Shown here: positions 59,562 to 64,000 of the stretch, in pieces
Position numbering within the stretch: the first letter of the stretch is position 1
How the letters are laid out: each line of letters opens with the position of its first letter
Translations under genes and position numbers: made by a program
Notes under the pieces: model-generated
Seen by the model: only the letters and a program-made list of their open reading frames with translations
Databases searched by the model: none
Told to the model about the DNA's origin: nothing
DNA from: Actinomycetota bacterium
GTDB lineage: Bacteria; Actinomycetota; Actinomycetes; S36-B12
Length of the DNA stretch: 64,000 nucleotides
Assembly: GCA_016870195.1 (NCBI GenBank)
Contig: VGCC01000003.1
Span: forward strand, 68,019 to 132,018
Direction: 5' to 3'

Positions 59562-59677
59562 GTGTTGCCTCCCGCAACCCTGGCGGGGACGGGTGAGCCC
59601 CCGCGCGATGTCTTCACGCTAGGTGGAACGGCCCCACCTGTGGGCGGTTTTCCGGAACTTGCGTCTAGGGTGCCCTG

Positions 59678-59923
59678 GTGATCGGTGTGCGGGTGCCGTG
59701 GATCCCATGCCTGATCGGGGCGGCCCTGTTCTTCCTCCCCACCGGGGCAGTAGCCCTCGTCTACTGCTGGCTCGCCATGCGCGCAGGGGAGTCGGGTGAC
59801 GTCGAGACCGCCGCCCGCCGGGCCAGGGCTGCGCGGATCTGGGCGTGGGTGACATTCATCCTGGGGATCCTCGCGTACAGCGTGATCATCGGCGCCCTCC
59901 TGCTGCTGGGTGCCTTCTCGTAG
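59678..59923 (+). CDS. CD225/dispanin-family small membrane protein
   Basis: 81 aa, two TM helices flanking VYCWLAMRAGESGDVETAARRARAAR (CD225-like loop). Confidence 0.65.
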   Translation: MIGVRVPWIPCLIGAALFFLPTGAVALVYCWLAMRAGESGDVETAARRARAARIWAWVTFILGILAYSVIIGALLLLGAFS

Positions 59924-59953
59924 TCGCATGGCCGGTCGAACTAGATTTGACCG

Positions 59954-61501
59954 GTGTCCGGACCCGTGCTCGTCATCGACTTCGGGGCCCAGTACGCCCA
60001 ACTCATCGCGCGACGGGTGCGTGAGGCCCATGTCTATTCCGAGATCGTCCCGCACACCATCACCGCAGCGGAGGTTCTCGCGCGCGAACCCTCCGCGATC
60101 ATCCTGAGCGGCGGCCCCGCCAGTGTGTACGCGGACGGTGCCCCGCACCTCGATCCCGCGATCCTCACCACGGGCGTTCCAGTCTTCGGCATTTGTTACG
60201 GCTTCCAAGCGATGGCTGCCGCCCTCGGCGGGAAGGTCGCTCGCACCGGTCTGAGTGAGTTCGGTCGCACCCCGCTCGCCGTTCGTGACCCGGGTGCCCT
60301 CTTCCGCGGGCTTCCCGCCTCTTATCCGGTGTGGATGTCGCACGGCGACTCCGTCTCCGAGGCTCCGCACGGATGCACGGTGCTCGCGAGCACCGACGGG
60401 GCACCGATCGCGGCGTTCGAAGATGTGAGCCGACGTCTTGCGGGCGTGCAGTTCCATCCGGAGGTTCTCCACTCCGAGCACGGACAGGCGGTGCTCGAGC
60501 ATTTCCTCTTCGACATCGCAGCTTGTGTGCCCACGTGGACGATGGGCAACGTCATCGACGAGCAGGTCGCCGCGATCCGCGCGCAGGTCGGTGGAGGTCG
60601 CGTGATCTGTGGGCTGTCCGGTGGTGTGGACTCTGCGGTGGCGGCAGCTCTCGTTCATCGTGCGGTGGGTCGGCAACTCACCTGCGTCTTCGTCGATCAC
60701 GGGCTCTTGCGGAAGGGGGAGGCTGAGCAGGTCGAGCGCGACTTCGTCGCCGCTACGGGCGTCCAACTTGTGACCGTCGATGCCCGGGCTCGGTTCCTTG
60801 CGGCTCTTGAGGGTGTCGAGGATCCCGAGTCCAAGCGCAAGATCATCGGGCGTGAGTTCATTCGTGTCTTCGAGGATGCTGCACGTCAGATCGTCGCCGT
60901 GAACGAGCACGTGGAATTCCTGGTGCAGGGGACTCTCTATCCCGACGTCGTGGAGTCGGGAGGCGGGTCGGGCACCGCCAACATCAAGAGTCATCACAAC
61001 GTGGGGGGTCTCCCCGACGACCTGCAGTTCACCCTCGTCGAACCACTGCGAACGCTTTTTAAAGATGAGGTGCGACAGATCGGTCTCGACCTTGGTCTGC
61101 CATCCGAGATCGTGTGGCGGCATCCCTTCCCAGGTCCCGGACTCGCCATTCGCATCATCGGTGCGGTTGATGAGGAGCGATTGGCGATCCTGCGTGAGGC
61201 CGATGCGATCGCACGCGAAGAACTCAGCGCCGCGGGACTCGACCGACAGGTTTGGCAGTTTCCGGTGGTGCTGCTCGCCGACGTCCGCAGCGTGGGCGTG
61301 CAGGGTGACGGCCGCACGTACGGACACCCCATCGTGCTGCGCCCAGTGTCGAGTGAGGACGCGATGACGGCGGACTGGTCGCGCCTGCCCGAGGATGTCA
61401 TCGCCCGTATCTCCACGCGGATCACGAACGAGGTGCGCGAGGTGAACCGGGTCGTGCTGGATGTAACGAGCAAGCCGCCGGGGACGATCGAGTGGGAGTA
61501 G
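59954..61501 (+). CDS. guaA: GMP synthase (glutamine-hydrolysing)
   Basis: GATase domain (ICYGFQ). ATP-PPase P-loop GLSGGVDS. Universal C-terminus PPGTIEWE. Confidence 0.97.
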   Translation: MSGPVLVIDFGAQYAQLIARRVREAHVYSEIVPHTITAAEVLAREPSAIILSGGPASVYADGAPHLDPAILTTGVPVFGICYGFQAMAAALGGKVARTGLSEFGRTPLAVRDPGALFRGLPASYPVWMSHGDSVSEAPHGCTVLASTDGAPIAAFEDVSRRLAGVQFHPEVLHSEHGQAVLEHFLFDIAACVPTWTMGNVIDEQVAAIRAQVGGGRVICGLSGGVDSAVAAALVHRAVGRQLTCVFVDHGLLRKGEAEQVERDFVAATGVQLVTVDARARFLAALEGVEDPESKRKIIGREFIRVFEDAARQIVAVNEHVEFLVQGTLYPDVVESGGGSGTANIKSHHNVGGLPDDLQFTLVEPLRTLFKDEVRQIGLDLGLPSEIVWRHPFPGPGLAIRIIGAVDEERLAILREADAIAREELSAAGLDRQVWQFPVVLLADVRSVGVQGDGRTYGHPIVLRPVSSEDAMTADWSRLPEDVIARISTRITNEVREVNRVVLDVTSKPPGTIEWE

Positions 61502-61564
61502 TCCCCACGAGGGATGAGTTCGAGTGGGAGTAGTCCCCACGAGGGATGAGTTCGAGTGGGAGTA
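61488..61564 (+). repeat. 32-bp perfect tandem repeat, 2.4 copies, containing the guaA stop codon
   Basis: Unit TCGAGTGGGAGTAGTCCCCACGAGGGATGAGT at 61488-61519 and 61520-61551, with a partial third copy TCGAGTGGGAGTA at 61552-64. Each unit holds a GTGGG-n7-CCCAC hairpin. Confidence 0.95.
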
Positions 61565-61568
61565 AAGG

Positions 61569-62423
61569 GTGTATGACATCGCGTTGAGCGTGGCGGCGTG
61601 CGTCAGGTCGGGGACCCGGGCGGACGTCGCGTGGATGGTTGCGCCGGTCGTGTCCGACGAGGCCCTCGCCTTCACCCCGGGTGGTGGTCGTATCGGGGAT
61701 CTCGCCTCGGGGGCCTTCGATGGACTGATCGGCGATGTCGCTGCTCGCCAGTTGAACTGGGGGAGGCGGGTCCGTCACGTCGTGACCGAGGTGGAGTCGG
61801 CGCAGTCTGGCCTGGCGGTAGGGACGAAGGCCGAGTTCCTCGTCGTCCCCGCGGTGCAGTTCCCGGCCGAGACGTGGCAGTACCTGGTCGATCGGCTTTC
61901 GGTTGCCGTGACCACGGAGTTGGATGGCGACCATGTCCTCGCGGTAAGGGTCGAGTCGGGTGACGCGATCACCGGTCTCGGCGTGGAGATCACGCCCGAC
62001 CACATCACGACGTCGCTGACGCCTGTCCCCCGTTTGGTGGTCGCCGGACAGGGTCCGATTGCCGAGGCGCTGGTCCGCCAGGGCCGACTGCTGGGGTGGA
62101 GGGTGGTCTGCGATCCACGGCCGGACACCGTGGCCGGCTTCACCGCCGCCCTGTCACCTCTCGACGCGGTTGTGGTGATGGGTCACGACGTCGAGATTTC
62201 GTCCCGGTGCCTGATGTCCGCCCTGGAGAGCGACGCCGGATACATCGGTGCCCTGGGGTCGATGGCGATGCAGCAATCGCGGGCGGACTGGTTGGCCTAC
62301 CGGGACGTCACCGACCTGACCCGGGTGCACGGGCCGGCGGGGCTCGACATCGGCGCGCGAGGGGCCCGGGAGATCGCCGTCTCGATCGTGGCCGAGGTTA
62401 TCGGGGTCCTTGCCCGGTCCTAG
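61569..62423 (+). CDS. XdhC/CoxI-family maturation factor (second copy)
   Basis: GTG 61569, with its GGGAG RBS supplied by the third repeat copy. RLVVAGQGPIAEALV Rossmann-like region and LDIGARGAREIAVSIVAEV C-terminus, as in XdhC. Confidence 0.8.
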   Translation: MYDIALSVAACVRSGTRADVAWMVAPVVSDEALAFTPGGGRIGDLASGAFDGLIGDVAARQLNWGRRVRHVVTEVESAQSGLAVGTKAEFLVVPAVQFPAETWQYLVDRLSVAVTTELDGDHVLAVRVESGDAITGLGVEITPDHITTSLTPVPRLVVAGQGPIAEALVRQGRLLGWRVVCDPRPDTVAGFTAALSPLDAVVVMGHDVEISSRCLMSALESDAGYIGALGSMAMQQSRADWLAYRDVTDLTRVHGPAGLDIGARGAREIAVSIVAEVIGVLARS

Positions 62424-62506
62424 TTCACCCATTCGGGCTTGCCGGTCCCGCAAACTTGGGTACCTTTCACTAGGTCCCGGGTCGCGGGAGCCGGAAGGGA
62501 GTCCCC

Positions 62507-62737
62507 ATGGCAGTCGAGTCCACCGGCAACGAGAGTGGCAGTCCGCGCCTCTACGCCCTGGTCGAGAACGCACCGAAGACGGGCAAGAGCCCCACGGTGT
62601 GGGCGTGGCCGCAGTTCATCGATTTCCTGAAGGTCGCCGGGCAACCCGTGCAGGGACCGTGGCCTCCCCACCAGGAGCCACGCCCGGATCCCGATGCCGA
62701 TTCCATGCCCGTCGCGGTTCGCGACACCCAGCAGTAG
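62507..62737 (+). CDS. hypothetical 76-aa protein preceding coxM2
   Basis: ATG with GAAGGGAG 5 nt upstream. Strongly GC3-biased codons. Trp/Pro-rich. No family recognised. Confidence 0.5.
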   Translation: MAVESTGNESGSPRLYALVENAPKTGKSPTVWAWPQFIDFLKVAGQPVQGPWPPHQEPRPDPDADSMPVAVRDTQQ

Positions 62738-62753
62738 AGCCTGAGAGGAACCC

Positions 62754-63626
62754 ATGTACCCGTCCCGATTCGCCTATGACGCCCCGTCGTCACTTGAGGA
62801 GGCCATCGCCATCCTCGACGCGGGAGGTGGTGAAGCCAAGATCCTCGCCGGTGGCCAGAGCCTCATCCCGATGCTGAAGTTGCGCTTCGCCGCACCCGAG
62901 CGTCTCGTCGACATCAATTCCCTTCCCGGCCTTGACTATCACCGCGTGGATCCCGACGGCACCTTGCGCATCGGTGCGCTGTGTCGCCACGAGGATCTTG
63001 AGTTCTCCGACAAGCTAGACGCTTTCCCCACATTGGCGCAGGCGGCCGCCTTGGTAGCCGATCCGATCGTGCGTACGCGTGGCACGTTCGTGGGTTCGGT
63101 GTGCCATGCGGACCCGCAGGGCGACTGGGCGGCGACGATGATCGCCCTCGACGGCTCGATTGTCGCGCAAGGCCCCAATGGCCGGCGCGAGATTCCGATG
63201 AGCGACTTTGTTCTCGGACCCTTCGTCAATGCTCTGGCCTACAACGAGATCGCGGTGGAAGCGGTCATCCCCGCCGCGAAGGGAACTGCGCGCGGTGGCT
63301 ACCTCAAGCTTGAGCGTCGAGTCGGGGATTTCGCCACCGCATCCGTGGCCGTCGCGCTGGACATGGACGGTGACACTGTGCGTCGCGCCGGTTGCGCGCT
63401 CGCTGGTGTTGGTGGCCGGACGATCGATGCCAATGACGCGATCTCCGTCCTCGTCGGGAAGACGCTGACCGACGAGAACATTGCGGCGGCGGCGCAGGCT
63501 GTCGCGGCTGCCGCCGAACCGCGCACGGATCACCGTGGCTCTGCGGACTACAAGCGCCACATCGTCGAGACCTTCGTGTCCCGCATCCTGACGAACATCT
63601 CCCGTTCCGAGCAGAAAGCAGCCTGA
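62754..63626 (+). CDS. CoxM-like FAD-binding medium subunit (second cluster)
   Basis: KILAGGQSLIPMLKLRF. 290 aa. C-terminal RGSADYKRH motif. Confidence 0.88.
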   Translation: MYPSRFAYDAPSSLEEAIAILDAGGGEAKILAGGQSLIPMLKLRFAAPERLVDINSLPGLDYHRVDPDGTLRIGALCRHEDLEFSDKLDAFPTLAQAAALVADPIVRTRGTFVGSVCHADPQGDWAATMIALDGSIVAQGPNGRREIPMSDFVLGPFVNALAYNEIAVEAVIPAAKGTARGGYLKLERRVGDFATASVAVALDMDGDTVRRAGCALAGVGGRTIDANDAISVLVGKTLTDENIAAAAQAVAAAAEPRTDHRGSADYKRHIVETFVSRILTNISRSEQKAA

Positions 63627-63627
63627 C

Positions 63628-64000
63628 ATGACCAGCCTCTATGACGAAGTCAGCCCGGCTCCCGCAGCCGACGTGCCCACCAAGCGCGTGACGATCAACG
63701 TGAACGGTGAAGCACGCACCGTCGATGTCGAGCCCCGCCTACTCTTGGCACACCTCCTCCGTCAGGGATTGAAGCTCACCGGAACGCACACCGGTTGTGA
63801 CACCACGAGCTGCGGTACCTGCACGGTGCTCTTCGACGGTCGCCCCGTGAAGAGCTGCACGATGCTTGCGGTTCAGGCTGACGGTCACGAGGTCGAGACC
63901 GTCGAAGGAATGTCCTCCGCAAGCGAGTTGCATCCCGTGCAGGAGGGCTTCAAGCAGGAGCACGGGCTCCAGTGCGGGTATTGCACCCCGGGCATGATGC
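63628..64000 (+). CDS. CoxS-like [2Fe-2S] small subunit (second cluster), 3'-truncated by the window end
   Basis: My translation from ATG 63628: MTSLYDEV...INVNGEARTVDVEPRLLLAHLLR...GCDTTSCGTCTV...LQCGYCTPGMM. Not in the ORF track because no stop lies inside the window. Confidence 0.88.
   Translation, partial: MTSLYDEVSPAPAADVPTKRVTINVNGEARTVDVEPRLLLAHLLRQGLKLTGTHTGCDTTSCGTCTVLFDGRPVKSCTMLAVQADGHEVETVEGMSSASELHPVQEGFKQEHGLQCGYCTPGMM

Noticed and set aside
59562-59677. Possible ZTP/other riboswitch or sRNA in the 116-nt spacer before the CD225 gene and guaA
   Set aside because: Only a 5-bp hairpin (CCCGC/GCGGG) is present, overlapping the coxS RBS region. No conserved riboswitch core sequences were recognisable.
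61488-61564. Possibility that the 32-bp repeats are a small CRISPR array
   Set aside because: The copies abut each other directly with no spacers. There are only 2.4 copies, the first overlaps a coding sequence, and no cas genes are present.
59522-61675. 717-aa minus-strand ORF, the longest unexplained ORF in the track
   Set aside because: It is entirely antisense to guaA, whose plus-strand product has unmistakable GMP synthase motifs. The antisense product is an Arg/Gly/Pro/His-rich low-complexity string with no motif. Long stop-free antisense frames are expected in GC-rich DNA.

Overview
GC-rich actinobacterial (Micrococcales-like) chromosomal core, very densely packed. It holds about 75 protein genes and 1 tRNA, with no rRNA, CRISPR, transposase or integrase. 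All family calls rest on motifs I could read in the supplied translations or my own translations; no database search was possible.

Layout:
- 1-5.8 kb: small accessory genes (SGNH hydrolase, LysE, PPOX-like, EamA, flippase-like plus YczE-like, cupin lipoprotein plus DUF2182).
- 5.8-15.3 kb: molybdenum-cofactor and CO-dehydrogenase maturation block: mocA-like and xdhC, moaE-moaA, moaD, then coxG-coxD-[frameshifted, truncated GT2 pseudogene]-coxE-moeA-moaC-mog.
- 15.3-20.7 kb: PHO-box-preceded pstC-pstA-pstB followed by two PstS paralogs.
- 20.7-50.6 kb: ppa and dacB, then the conserved actinobacterial backbone tilS-hpt-ftsH-folE-folP-folB-folK ... panC-nadB-nadC-coaX ... lysS ... ppc/clpC ... 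eno-ftsB-DUF501-ppx.
- 50.6-55 kb: LacI regulator, dienelactone hydrolase, tryptophan 2,3-dioxygenase, family-5 UDG, one unusual tRNA, BI-1/YccA.
- 55-59.6 kb: coxS-coxL-coxM cluster of the form-II type (AYRGAGR), followed by an MBL hydrolase and a 91-aa ORF.
- 59.7-64 kb: CD225 protein, guaA, a 32-bp tandem repeat that includes the guaA stop, then a second xdhC-sORF-coxM-coxS cluster running off the window.

I found no clear defence, mobile or otherwise self-evident novel multi-gene system. The leads most worth a second look are:
1. A co-transcribed orphan NuoD-like protein plus a MidA/NDUFAF7-like methyltransferase, with no other nuo genes nearby.
2. A 74-nt class-I-shaped tRNA carrying the Leu anticodon UAA, while in-frame UUA codons occur in housekeeping genes.
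3. The 2.4-copy 32-bp tandem repeat at the guaA 3' end, directly in front of the second cox-like cluster.
4. The GT2 pseudogene splitting coxD from coxE.
5. Pervasive 4-nt stop/stop and start/stop overlaps.
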